Shown here in pieces: positions 47,493-56,989 of a DNA stretch of 64,000 bases (its first letter is position 1; each line of letters starts with the position of its first letter). The translations under genes and the position numbers were made by a program. Below the pieces are notes generated by a model. It had not been told where the DNA came from. It saw nothing but the letters and a program-made list of their open reading frames with translations, and ran no database searches. Where the stretch lies: IMG/VR virus record IMGVR_UViG_3300042197_000731, positions 1 through 64,000 of that record; one strand, given 5' to 3'. The DNA comes from a virus.

Positions 47493-48261
47493 ATTAGATT
47501 TTGTTTTCATTTCATACGATGAACCACGTAAGGAAGAATTTTTTGAGAAAAATTCATTAATAATTCCTAAGTTAAAAAGAGTAGATGGAATTACAGGAAT
47601 AGATACAGCACACAAAGTAGCAGCAAAATTATCTAAAACTGATTGGTTTGTAGTTATTGATGGTGATAATATAGTAGAGCAATCAATATTGAATGTAAGT
47701 ATAGAAGAAAATGAAGAATATAAATGTTTTAGATACAGATCTAAAAATTCAGTTAACGGTGTGGTGTCTGGTAATGGCGGTGTAAGTTGTTGGTCAAAAA
47801 ATTTTGTGCTTGGAATGTCTACACATGAAAATAGTGATGGATCTGATTTAGTTGAATTTGGAAATAAATGTAAGCCAACACGTGGTATATACAGTACGAC
47901 TTATATAAATCAAACAGCACATCAAGCATGGCGAGCAGGATTCAGAGAAGGTATAAAATTGTGTTTGATTGATGGTGTTAAACAATCAATTAAGAATTTT
48001 AATATACCTGTATTTCAAAATAAGAAAAATTTAAGTCTTTGGCATAATGTAGGCAAAGATGTTGAAAATGGTTTCTGGAGCATTTATGGCTCCAGATTTG
48101 GAACATATACTTTAATGTTTACCGATTTTGATATAAAAAAATTAAATGATTACAAATATCTACAAAATTTGTACTATAAAAATATTGATTTTGCTGAAAA
48201 AAATTGTATTAATCTAGGTGCTATATTGAAAGATAAACTTAATTTGGATATAATAAATTGA
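47476..48261 (+). CDS. Putative glycosyltransferase (GT-A fold)
   Basis: FVFISYDEP, RVDGITGIDTAHK, FVVIDGDN (DxD), AWRAGFREGIKL; ATG at 47476 preferred. Confidence 0.6.
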   Translation: MITLNELDFVFISYDEPRKEEFFEKNSLIIPKLKRVDGITGIDTAHKVAAKLSKTDWFVVIDGDNIVEQSILNVSIEENEEYKCFRYRSKNSVNGVVSGNGGVSCWSKNFVLGMSTHENSDGSDLVEFGNKCKPTRGIYSTTYINQTAHQAWRAGFREGIKLCLIDGVKQSIKNFNIPVFQNKKNLSLWHNVGKDVENGFWSIYGSRFGTYTLMFTDFDIKKLNDYKYLQNLYYKNIDFAEKNCINLGAILKDKLNLDIIN

Positions 48262-48950
48262 TGATCTACGACAGTTTTTTTATCAGCAACGGTGAGCCAC
48301 TAGAAAATATACATTACGAACTGGCAAAGAGTACGTTTTCGGACTTAAAATGGATTCAAGGAATTAATTCCAGGGATTTGGCAATAAAAAAAGCAGCGAA
48401 AAATAGTACCACTGATTACTTCTATTGTGTGCCTGCTAAATTAAATATGTCAGAAAAATATTTAATTAATGATCCAGTAAATTCCATAGATCATAAACAT
48501 TATGTTTTTTATTGTCGTAATGTGTTAAATGATTTAGTATATGGACATCAAGGGTTAATATGTTATAATAAAAAATTAGTTTTAGAAACACTGTCCTGGG
48601 ATTTAGATTTTACGATGGCTCAGCCATTTCAAAGTATATTCAGAGTTATTGGCACTGCCGTATTTAATCAAACAGAGTTTATTACATGGAGGACTGCTTT
48701 TCGTGAAGTAATTAAATTATTACACCAACAGTCACTCAATCAGGGTGATATTAGAAATGGCAATAGATTGAATACTTGGTTAACATATACTAATGGTGGC
48801 AAATTTAGTGAGTGGTGTATACGTGGAGCAAATGATGGTAAAGAATATTACACATCTGTAGATGGTGAAATGTCCATGCTAAAGAAATCATTTAGTTGGG
48901 ATTGGCTGTATGAACATAGTAAATTATTAGGATACAATTTTAATAGGTAA
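48258..48950 (+). CDS. Glycosyltransferase-like paralog
   Basis: FFISNGEP, VYGHQG, WRTAFREVIKL; similar to the upstream ORF. Confidence 0.55.
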   Translation: MMIYDSFFISNGEPLENIHYELAKSTFSDLKWIQGINSRDLAIKKAAKNSTTDYFYCVPAKLNMSEKYLINDPVNSIDHKHYVFYCRNVLNDLVYGHQGLICYNKKLVLETLSWDLDFTMAQPFQSIFRVIGTAVFNQTEFITWRTAFREVIKLLHQQSLNQGDIRNGNRLNTWLTYTNGGKFSEWCIRGANDGKEYYTSVDGEMSMLKKSFSWDWLYEHSKLLGYNFNR

Positions 48951-48952
48951 TT

Positions 48953-49468
48953 ATGAAAGAAAAATTCGTCAAAGCATATATGAAAACTGCGAAAATATTC
49001 GCGGATTTAAGCACAGCGGAAAAACTAAAAGTAGGTGCTATTGTCGTCAAAGACAATAGAATTGTTTCTATTGGCTATAATGGCACACCCGCTGGATGGG
49101 ATAACACTTGTGAAAACAAAGAGTGGATGGGTAATGTAGGAGGTTGGCTCGCTCCTGAAGAGATGAGAGAAGGCTGGCCATACGAAGGTACATATACGGA
49201 TTCCTCTGGTAATGTTATGAGTGGACGTTATCGTCTTAAAACAAAACCCGAAGTTATTCATGCGGAGCGGAATGCTCTTGATAAATTAGCACGAGATAAT
49301 GAAGGTGGAAATGGCGCATATATGTTTATAACACATGCGCCATGTCTAGAATGCGCCAAAAGTATATTTGGCGCTGGAATAAAAGAAGTTTTCTATAGTG
49401 AAGAGTATCGTAGTGTTGATGGCATTGAATTTCTAAAAAAGTGTAACATCAACACTACGAAAGTTTAA
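48953..49468 (+). CDS. cd: dCMP deaminase
   Basis: KVGAIVVKDNRIVSIGYNGTPAG, HAERNA, THAPCLECAK. Confidence 0.92.
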   Translation: MKEKFVKAYMKTAKIFADLSTAEKLKVGAIVVKDNRIVSIGYNGTPAGWDNTCENKEWMGNVGGWLAPEEMREGWPYEGTYTDSSGNVMSGRYRLKTKPEVIHAERNALDKLARDNEGGNGAYMFITHAPCLECAKSIFGAGIKEVFYSEEYRSVDGIEFLKKCNINTTKV

Positions 49469-50388
49469 ACTGCCATCTTAGCAGTTATTGCTGGATGACA
49501 CTTATAGTTAATCAACTCTATATCAGCCATTGTGAATTTATCAATATCTTTGATAGATGAATTTAGTTTCAGAGTTGGCAACTCAAAATGTTCACGAGAT
49601 AATTGTTCTTTAACTTGATCCACGTGATTAAGATAGATATGAGAATCACCCAATACATGAACGAACTTACCAACTCGCATATCGCATACTTGTGCTATCA
49701 TGTGAGTTAGTAGGCTATAACTGGCGATGTTAAATGGAACACCTAAAAACATATCTGCTGAACGTTGATACATTTGACAACTAAGTTGTAATTCATCACC
49801 AACAGGTTCAACATAAAACTGAGCAAAACAATGACACGGTGGCAATGCCATTTGATCCAGTTCACCTACATTCCACGCAGTTAGAATGTGTCTACGGCTG
49901 AATGGGTCAACTTTTAAATCATGAATTAAATTCTTGAGTTGATCAATTTCAACTAATTGAGTAGTGGTTGTTCTACGATACACATTGCCGAAATTATCAC
50001 GATATGTACCTAGATCTCGTGGTATATGTTTACGCCACCGACGCCATTGAACGCCATAAATTCTGCCTAGATCACCGCTAAATTTACTTTTAGACTTCCA
50101 ATATTCAGCATTGGCATTAGCGGTCCAGATGGTATTTTTATCACTGTTGCGATCACCATGAAGAATTTCTTTTAGACGATTATCGTCACTGCTGCCCTCT
50201 ATAAACCACAGTAATTCACTGACTACTGACTTCCATGCTAATCTTTTAGTAGTAATTGCTGGAAAGCCGTCATTTAGATCAAAGGACATCTGTAGTCCGA
50301 ATGAACGAATGGTACCTACACCAGTTCTATCAGTTACCAACGTACCATTATCAAGTACATTTTGTAATGCGTCGTGATATGTTTTCAT
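49465..50388 (-). CDS. thyA: Thymidylate synthase
   Basis: DRTGVGT, ELLWFIEG, LGRIYGVQWR, MALPPCH, YQRSADMFLGVPFNIASY, HIYLNH; ATG at 50388. Confidence 0.95.
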   Translation of the reverse strand: MKTYHDALQNVLDNGTLVTDRTGVGTIRSFGLQMSFDLNDGFPAITTKRLAWKSVVSELLWFIEGSSDDNRLKEILHGDRNSDKNTIWTANANAEYWKSKSKFSGDLGRIYGVQWRRWRKHIPRDLGTYRDNFGNVYRRTTTTQLVEIDQLKNLIHDLKVDPFSRRHILTAWNVGELDQMALPPCHCFAQFYVEPVGDELQLSCQMYQRSADMFLGVPFNIASYSLLTHMIAQVCDMRVGKFVHVLGDSHIYLNHVDQVKEQLSREHFELPTLKLNSSIKDIDKFTMADIELINYKCHPAITAKMAV

Positions 50389-50392
50389 ACTT

Positions 50393-50896
50393 TTATCTAA
50401 AAATATCAATATTCTTGTAAGTAGTCCAGTTACAACGTCTATCAGTGCTAGGACATGCGCTATATGCTCTAAACCATCGGAGATATTTTTTCATATCTAC
50501 AGATGTATCAGCACGATATTGTCCGTAGATATGTGTGACATGTGCTTCGTCCACTAAATCTTTAGTTTCTTCTATGATTTTAGCACCACCAATGATCCAT
50601 ATAGTTTTTGATGGGTACATGCTTTCAATTTTGCGAATTTCTTCTTTCAGATCTCCGCGTATTGTTTTTACGTCTTTATATCCAGTAAGTGGTTTGGTAG
50701 TTACCACATAATTGATCCTATCTGGCAATGGCTTAGGGAATTTAGGATCATCCCATGTTTTTCTGCCCATAACAACTACATGTCCTGTAGTCATTTCTTT
50801 AAAATACTTCATGTCCTCTTTTAGATGCGGCCATGGCAAAGATCCTTTATAGCCAAGATTACCCCAGTAATCTACAGCGAAAATAGATTTAATCAT
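50393..50896 (-). CDS. folA: Dihydrofolate reductase
   Basis: GSLPWP..EDMKYFKEMTTGHVVVMGRKTWD, PLPDRINYVVT, IWIIGG. Confidence 0.93.
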   Translation of the reverse strand: MIKSIFAVDYWGNLGYKGSLPWPHLKEDMKYFKEMTTGHVVVMGRKTWDDPKFPKPLPDRINYVVTTKPLTGYKDVKTIRGDLKEEIRKIESMYPSKTIWIIGGAKIIEETKDLVDEAHVTHIYGQYRADTSVDMKKYLRWFRAYSACPSTDRRCNWTTYKNIDIFR

Positions 50897-51225
50897 AATT
50901 TTGATAAAAGTTTATCTGTTTCGGGTTGAACTGTTTTTTCAACTAGTTTTACGTCTACAAAAAAGTCTACATTAAATACGTTTTCGGCTAAATTCTCTAA
51001 ATGTTCTGTTATCTGATCTTCTATTACTTCTGGATCAATACCATCTTCAATTAGACTTTTTATTTCAATAATAATAGAAGTTCCATCATGTAGATTTATA
51101 GCCAGTTTATCAAGTACATGAATAGGAACTTCTTGCTTATCAATTCCTTTTAGTATTTCTTGCCAACGTTTTTTGTTACTTGTATTAAGTTTCTTTGACT
51201 TTGGTCTTTTTGGATTTGCTGGCAT
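50893..51225 (-). CDS. Hypothetical protein
   Basis: 110-aa ORF in the operon. Confidence 0.55.
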   Translation of the reverse strand: MPANPKRPKSKKLNTSNKKRWQEILKGIDKQEVPIHVLDKLAINLHDGTSIIIEIKSLIEDGIDPEVIEDQITEHLENLAENVFNVDFFVDVKLVEKTVQPETDKLLSKL

Positions 51226-51871
51226 TTGTTGGAGTAGACCCGTCTAATTGTGTTGCTTCAGCCTGTAGTCTTTCAGCCTCTGCTAGTAATGCCTTTGCTT
51301 CTGCCTGCATACGTTGTGCTTGAGCAAGCCTTTGTTTAGCAAGATCGGCATCACTGAGTACCTCGTTAATGGCGATTTTTGTATCAACTTCCGCTGGCTG
51401 ACTTCTACTCGCTGGAGGTACTCTTACTTCTCCTAGATCTTTTTGCTCTCTAACACGTTTTTTGCCTGACATTCCAGAATTAGCATCCAACTCTGCTAAC
51501 TCCTTTACTGCGGCCTCGCCCTGTTCCATCTTGATTAGAATGTTGTTTAGTTCATCTAGGCGTACAGTGCTCTTGGCATTTGGCGTGATGATTACCTGAT
51601 TAGTAGGTACTTTTTTAATCATACCTTCTTTGTGTAGTGTGGCTAACGCATTATTACCATCACTTAGGGTATATCTGAATAGATAATCACTGAAATCTTT
51701 GGCTTGTTGTCCAGATTCACTTTCTAATGCCTTCATGATATCATCATGAATGTGTTTTGGTAGTGTTTCTGGATATATTACTAAACACATATGATCTTCG
51801 CCTGGCACTGTTTTAAACAACACTACCACACGTTTATTGTTGTGTTTTCCAACATGTTTTATAACGTTCAT
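51185..51871 (-). CDS. Hypothetical protein with C-terminal coiled coil
   Basis: 228 aa, AAGGA RBS. Confidence 0.65.
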   Translation of the reverse strand: MNVIKHVGKHNNKRVVVLFKTVPGEDHMCLVIYPETLPKHIHDDIMKALESESGQQAKDFSDYLFRYTLSDGNNALATLHKEGMIKKVPTNQVIITPNAKSTVRLDELNNILIKMEQGEAAVKELAELDANSGMSGKKRVREQKDLGEVRVPPASRSQPAEVDTKIAINEVLSDADLAKQRLAQAQRMQAEAKALLAEAERLQAEATQLDGSTPTNASKSKKTKVKET

Positions 51872-51894
51872 ATTTGAAATCGTCCTTGAAAATA

Positions 51895-52095
51895 TTATTG
51901 ATTACTGGTATTCTTCAGAACACCGATATCAGTTAAAAAAGAAAATAGTTTTTCATATGCTGAACCTACCATGGTAAATTCTTCTGGCCTAAACGCACCA
52001 CGGCTACTGGCTAATTGAATAGCACTTATTAATGACACTAACTCCTGTGCTGGAATTTGAATTTCAACATTTTTAGATTGTTCTTGCTCAGACAT
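51895..52095 (-). CDS. Hypothetical protein
   Basis: 66 aa, GAGGG RBS, GTAAATA late-like motif upstream. Confidence 0.6.
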   Translation of the reverse strand: MSEQEQSKNVEIQIPAQELVSLISAIQLASSRGAFRPEEFTMVGSAYEKLFSFLTDIGVLKNTSNQ

Positions 52096-52145
52096 TATAT
52101 TTTCCCTCTGCTTTATTTACTCTATTGTTATGTATGTAAATATTT

Positions 52146-52418
52146 TTATTCAACTGAATACTTATTAATCATATCTAACTGTAGAGCAAATAGGGCTTTT
52201 TCAGAATGAATTTCAAAAGCAACACACTTTCTAAAATGTTTTTCATCAGTAACATCACCAATGAAAAATCTACCTTGAAGATTTTCTAATATCCAAACAA
52301 CAATATTTTTTTCTGCGGTTTTAATATCAAAATACAATCGTTCAAAATGCGGTGGGCAAAAGTCTAATCGTCGTAGACCATGAACGTTTAGCGGATTAAT
52401 AATCCCATATTTTAACAT
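52146..52418 (-). CDS. Hypothetical protein
   Basis: 90-aa ORF. Confidence 0.55.
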   Translation of the reverse strand: MLKYGIINPLNVHGLRRLDFCPPHFERLYFDIKTAEKNIVVWILENLQGRFFIGDVTDEKHFRKCVAFEIHSEKALFALQLDMINKYSVE

Positions 52419-52420
52419 AG

Positions 52421-52876
52421 TTATTTCTTTTCTTCAGACAAGGTAGCAATTAGCATAAATTGTTCATATGCTATTCTAGTGGACTCATTTTGAAGTAATT
52501 TATGTGCCTCGTGAATCATTACCTTAATGCCGGCATCTACACATTCCTGAATACTAGCGCCACGTAAAACACTTAGTTGGTCACCAGTTAATGTTCTAAA
52601 ATTTTCCCATGCTTTTATTTCTTCTTCGGTGTATGGTTTTACTGCAGGACGAAGTTCGCTGGCTTTTAGTATTGCTTTAACTATTACCTCTTCGGCAATT
52701 CTACTAGCAGCAATTAACGCGGCATAGTTAGGATCTATATTATACTTACGACTTTCTAAGCCTGGGCGACAGTATATTAAATGATGACCATGAGGTAATG
52801 CGTCAATAAAATCTGAATCATGTTCTTTTACAGGAACATATTTTTTCCCTATCTTTTCGTAAAATATCTTCTTCAT
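52421..52876 (-). CDS. Hypothetical protein
   Basis: 151-aa ORF. Confidence 0.6.
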   Translation of the reverse strand: MKKIFYEKIGKKYVPVKEHDSDFIDALPHGHHLIYCRPGLESRKYNIDPNYAALIAASRIAEEVIVKAILKASELRPAVKPYTEEEIKAWENFRTLTGDQLSVLRGASIQECVDAGIKVMIHEAHKLLQNESTRIAYEQFMLIATLSEEKK

Positions 52877-52880
52877 ACTA

Positions 52881-53420
52881 TCAATCGTCTTCTTGTAATT
52901 TCTTTGTTGAAGAAATTAGTTCAGTTAAAATATTTTCAACCAGTTGGTTTAAGGTAATATCCTGTTCATGGGCAATTGTGAAAAGTTTCATCAGAGTATC
53001 ATCATCCAAATCAACAGGAACCATGACACGAGTATCATATTCATTGCCGTTCATAATGGCATCGGCTTTAGCGATGAAATCCTCGTCAATTTCTAAAGTA
53101 ACGTACCTTACGCCATCCCATGCTTCCTCAACATCAAAGAATTCCGTGCTACGCTCACTGGATTCTTTACGATAAGCACTAGCATATTCTGGATCAATTA
53201 GGCGATATGCTCGATCATTAGTGTAATCACATACGTCAACTTCATAAACTTTTTGATTTTTGGTATCAAAAATAATGTTAGAACTGAAACCACCATCGCC
53301 ATGAATGCCGTTCCAGAAACTTAGTGAATAAGCATTATTCCCATAACAATTCCAGCCATAATCACTACCTTCTGTAATACGATAGTTTACAAGTTCCATC
53401 CAACGCTTTAGTGTAATCAT
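52881..53420 (-). CDS. Hypothetical protein with C-terminal ribbon-helix-helix-like segment
   Basis: ATG at 53420 after AGGAG; C-terminus VPVDLDDDTLMKLFTIAHEQDITLNQLVENIL. Confidence 0.6.
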   Translation of the reverse strand: MITLKRWMELVNYRITEGSDYGWNCYGNNAYSLSFWNGIHGDGGFSSNIIFDTKNQKVYEVDVCDYTNDRAYRLIDPEYASAYRKESSERSTEFFDVEEAWDGVRYVTLEIDEDFIAKADAIMNGNEYDTRVMVPVDLDDDTLMKLFTIAHEQDITLNQLVENILTELISSTKKLQEDD

Positions 53421-53437
53421 GTTTAAATCTCCTTGTA

Positions 53438-54727
53438 TTAGGCCGCTTCGGCCAAAGCACGTTCGTAAATTGCCCACACACCGAACGGTGGTTGAGCGTT
53501 TTCATTACCCTTGATGATGAATACGGTATCGCAGTAATCAGGATCTCCCCACGAAGAATAGGGCATACCGTCCGTAAACATAATGAACTTCTTGGGTTCA
53601 ATATCATTAGATTTCATATATTCCCAGTTTGCCATGAAATCAGTGCCACCGCCACCCATGGGTTGATAGGTTTCAATATCTTCAAGATTTTCACTGGAAA
53701 AAGTCTGATGATTGTAAATTTCAGTATCAAAACTCCATACTTGAATTTTGTATTCATCATATGCTTCCATGATGCCACGAATTTCACTCAAGAATGCTTT
53801 GATATCCGCTTCGCCGATACTACCAGACGTATCAATAGCAATACAAACATCAATTTGAGTTCCAGGCTTCATGCCAGGCATAACGGCGTCCATATGCCAA
53901 CTACGACGATTAGGCTTCATCCAACTAAAATCGTCCTTGATTGTGGACTGAATTTGTTGTTGAAGCAATTCACGCCAGTTTACAACAGGCTTGGTAAGAT
54001 CCTTGATCAGACGCTTTACGCCAAGAGGAATATTACCGGCGCCAGAACTTTGCGCCGCTTGAAGAACCGCCTGTCGAATTTCATCACGAAGTTCTGCCTT
54101 CTCCTGCTCAGACAACCTCAACTTACGCTTACCCTTACCACTCTCGCCATTGCCGTCTTTGTCGTCCTCGCCATCGCCTGACCCATTGGAATCATCCTCC
54201 ATATGTTCGTCAAGGAGTTTATCCATCAGGCTGCTAATGTCAATCTTCTCGGCATTCTCATACAGATCGTCATAAACTTCTTCGGCACTCCAGCCCGTAT
54301 ACTTCTTATCGTACAGGCATGGATTAATTTGCGTACCGATTCGCTGATCAATAAGATCAGCATTTACGCAATAGTCCGCAGCGCAATTAAACAGCATACG
54401 ATCACGGAAGTCGCCATTACGGCCGATGTGATCATAAACATTGTGGAGAACTTCGTGACCAAACAGGAATTGAAGTTCACCTGCTGACAGATTGTTTACG
54501 AATTCCGTATTGTAGTAGAAATTACGACCATCGGTGGCGGCGGTAGGCAGCCAATCATCGGCATTGATCAGTTTCAGCCTGGTTGCCAGATTGCCAAAGA
54601 ATGGAGCACTGATTAGTAGAGCAATACGCGCGGTAATCAGTTTTTCGCGGGCAGCGGCATCCGCCACAGGACAAACGGTGTCCTTGAGTTTGCCACCGGC
54701 ACGCTTTTTGGAAGATGTCGTTGCCAT
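53438..54727 (-). CDS. Metallopeptidase-like + VWA domain protein (DUF2201 type)
   Basis: TAATDG, HEVLH (HExxH), AIDTSGS (MIDAS), GGGTDF, FTDG. Confidence 0.85.
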   Translation of the reverse strand: MATTSSKKRAGGKLKDTVCPVADAAAREKLITARIALLISAPFFGNLATRLKLINADDWLPTAATDGRNFYYNTEFVNNLSAGELQFLFGHEVLHNVYDHIGRNGDFRDRMLFNCAADYCVNADLIDQRIGTQINPCLYDKKYTGWSAEEVYDDLYENAEKIDISSLMDKLLDEHMEDDSNGSGDGEDDKDGNGESGKGKRKLRLSEQEKAELRDEIRQAVLQAAQSSGAGNIPLGVKRLIKDLTKPVVNWRELLQQQIQSTIKDDFSWMKPNRRSWHMDAVMPGMKPGTQIDVCIAIDTSGSIGEADIKAFLSEIRGIMEAYDEYKIQVWSFDTEIYNHQTFSSENLEDIETYQPMGGGGTDFMANWEYMKSNDIEPKKFIMFTDGMPYSSWGDPDYCDTVFIIKGNENAQPPFGVWAIYERALAEAA

Positions 54728-54737
54728 AGTTTACCTC

Positions 54738-55847
54738 TTAACGAGCATTAGCGTTGGTGATGTACTTACCGAATCGCTTATAGAATTCATCAAAATTCTT
54801 CAACTTACCAGGAACAATCGGCAGACCGTAAGTAGTCAGAGCAACACGAGCGCCCATGACTGCCAGTTCGGTCGTAAAATTGTCCATAGCGTAGCGGAAG
54901 AAATAATCGCACATTTGAAACCAGTCTGCGTTCGGCTTGCCATTGAGTTTCTTGAGTTCGTCCTGCAGAGTATAGCACAGGGAAATTGTCAAGGAGTACA
55001 TAGCACTAATTTCTTTACTGTTCAGGTTAGTAACCTTGCCAGTCAAGATATCTTCTGGACGAGGCAGTTGACCGGCAATCTTACGGTGAGCCATAAACTT
55101 GATCGCAACACCTTCGCCGACCGCGCCAGCGATCAGATCCGTAAGATCGGAATCACTGATGGTTTCATCATCCAACAGGCTGGAAACGAACGACCAACTA
55201 CGTGGTGTAGCGAAACTACGGCTGGAACTACGCGGATCAAAATCATACAGATCCTGTTTGGCGAAGCCAATGTAGCCTACCACGTCCTTGTGGACACGAT
55301 TGGTAGTTGCCCAGATTTCCCAACTTGAGTGATCAACCCGCATTTCCAGGTGAATAAAACGGTTTGCCAGAGGCGCAGGCATACGATAGGTAACACCCTT
55401 ATCGCTTTCACGATTACCCGCAGCAACCACAACTACATTGTTGGGCAACTTATACTTACCGATGCGACGGTTCAGAATCAGTTGATACGCACTGGCTTGA
55501 ATGCTAGGCGCAGCGGAATTCATCTCATCAAGAAACAGAACCACGATGGGATACTGGCTGGCGAATTCCTCATCAGGCAGATCGATAGGCGGTGCCCAGT
55601 CCATCTTGCCGTTGTCCTTATTAAAGAAGGGAATACCGCGAAGATCGGTAGGCTCCATCTGAGCCAGACGCAGGTCAATAAACGCACCGCCCATTTCCTG
55701 AGAGATATCAGCGACAACCTCGCTCTTGCCAATACCAGGAGGGCCCCACAGAAACACGGGACGCTGATGCTTGAAGCAGGTCATGATAGCCCTGCGAGCG
55801 GTTTGAGTGGTAACGGTACGACTTTCGCTGATGGTTTCTTTGGACAT
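54738..55847 (-). CDS. MoxR-like AAA+ ATPase
   Basis: GPPGIGKS, DLRGIP, LFLDEMN, AAGNR, PLANRF, TPRSW. Confidence 0.88.
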   Translation of the reverse strand: MSKETISESRTVTTQTARRAIMTCFKHQRPVFLWGPPGIGKSEVVADISQEMGGAFIDLRLAQMEPTDLRGIPFFNKDNGKMDWAPPIDLPDEEFASQYPIVVLFLDEMNSAAPSIQASAYQLILNRRIGKYKLPNNVVVVAAGNRESDKGVTYRMPAPLANRFIHLEMRVDHSSWEIWATTNRVHKDVVGYIGFAKQDLYDFDPRSSSRSFATPRSWSFVSSLLDDETISDSDLTDLIAGAVGEGVAIKFMAHRKIAGQLPRPEDILTGKVTNLNSKEISAMYSLTISLCYTLQDELKKLNGKPNADWFQMCDYFFRYAMDNFTTELAVMGARVALTTYGLPIVPGKLKNFDEFYKRFGKYITNANAR

Positions 55848-55881
55848 TGTAAAACTCCTTGTGGTGTGAAAGAATGAACAG

Positions 55882-55910
55882 ATTATATACGCAAACTTAT
55901 TTACTGTCTG
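55882..55910 (-). promoter_or_regulatory. sigma70-type early promoter
   Basis: CAGACA-17 nt-TATAAT upstream of an AAGGAG RBS and the 55847 start. Confidence 0.6.
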
Positions 55911-55916
55911 TAGTTT

Positions 55917-56114
55917 TTATGCTACATCCCAACAAATTTCTTCAATAATGTCTTCTACAGGAAGAGACGGATTATCCCATGTCTGAGACACAAGCTCGCT
56001 GTGGAAACTCAGATAGGTTCCATCACTGGAACGCAGCGCATTCATCACTGGAATCCTGTGTTCTGGTTCAATACGATTGATAACATTGTTAATCCTGATA
56101 GATAGACTGTTCAT
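55917..56114 (-). CDS. Hypothetical protein
   Basis: ATG at 56114 after AAAGGA preferred; the ORF-track start lies inside the promoter. Confidence 0.55.
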   Translation of the reverse strand: MNSLSIRINNVINRIEPEHRIPVMNALRSSDGTYLSFHSELVSQTWDNPSLPVEDIIEEICWDVA

Positions 56115-56143
56115 GGGGTATCCTTTTTCGTTGACATGGGAGT

Positions 56144-56173
56144 AGTGTATCACGGATGGCTATTTACAGTCAA
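56144..56173 (-). promoter_or_regulatory. sigma70-type early promoter
   Basis: TTGACT-18 nt-(TG)n TACACT. Confidence 0.55.
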
Positions 56174-56284
56174 AACTACTACTTTAAATTTTGGAAAGTT
56201 GTGTAAATACAACAGACAAGGAGGAAATAACGCACCAAAAATAATGAATTTCAATCATTCTTCGTTGTAGAAAAAGGGGCAAGT

Positions 56285-56806
56285 ATGATTGATCCATTTA
56301 CCGCATTTTCCGTTGCTAGTGCCGCATTCAACGGAATAAAAAAGGCAGTTGAAATAGGCAGAGAGGTACAGGACGTATATTCTCAATTGAGTCAATGGGC
56401 TGGTGCGATATCTGATTTACAGGAATCTATATCACAAATTGAAAATAGAAAACCTGGACTATTTGAGAAGATAGGATTCAGTAAGAACGAAACAGCGGAG
56501 GCATTCGACACATTTATAGCCAAACAAAAAATAATAGAAATGGAAAAAGAAATACATCATATGTTTACGTATGGTGAACTACAGCATTTAGGATCAGATG
56601 GTTATAAAGAATTTATTCAAATGCGTAGAAGCATAAAGGCTAAACGAGAAAAAATGATATATGAACAAATGCGTAGAAGACAGGAATTTGCTAGAAAAGT
56701 AAAAGATTACACATTAGCATTATTGTTACTAATACCTTCTACTATTTTAATATATCATATCATCAGTATTATTTACACAGCAGGAGTAAGTGCAGGCAAA
56801 TGGTAA
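56285..56806 (+). CDS. Membrane-anchored coiled-coil protein
   Basis: MIDPFTAFSVASAAFNGIKKAV N-terminus, coiled coil, C-terminal transmembrane helix. Confidence 0.65.
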   Translation: MIDPFTAFSVASAAFNGIKKAVEIGREVQDVYSQLSQWAGAISDLQESISQIENRKPGLFEKIGFSKNETAEAFDTFIAKQKIIEMEKEIHHMFTYGELQHLGSDGYKEFIQMRRSIKAKREKMIYEQMRRRQEFARKVKDYTLALLLLIPSTILIYHIISIIYTAGVSAGKW

Positions 56807-56824
56807 TTTAAGGAGTTTTGCGAT

Positions 56825-56989
56825 ATGATTAAAATTACTAAATATATAGTGTTATTTGTAGGTGTACTTGTTTTGTCTGGATGTCAGGAGCGTTATAGAT
56901 ATCCATGTCAGGATCCAGCAAGACATCATGAATACCAATGTAAACCAGAAATTTGTGAGGAAACTAGAACATGTCCGAAGATACCATAG
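56825..56989 (+). CDS. Small Cys-rich lipoprotein (54 aa)
   Basis: Not in the track: MIKITKYIVLFVGVLVLSG-CQERYRYPCQDP...CKPEIC..TCPKIP; lipobox LSGC; AAGGAG upstream. Confidence 0.65.
   Translation: MIKITKYIVLFVGVLVLSGCQERYRYPCQDPARHHEYQCKPEICEETRTCPKIP

Noticed and set aside
49465-50388. thyA as a dCMP hydroxymethylase
   Set aside because: It keeps the dUMP-specifying Asn (GVPFNIASY) and sits next to DHFR, so it is a canonical thymidylate synthase.
53492-55877. Long plus-strand ORFs (229, 264 and 182 aa)
   Set aside because: They are antisense to clear AAA and VWA genes; long shadow ORFs are expected at the higher GC content, and they show no motifs.
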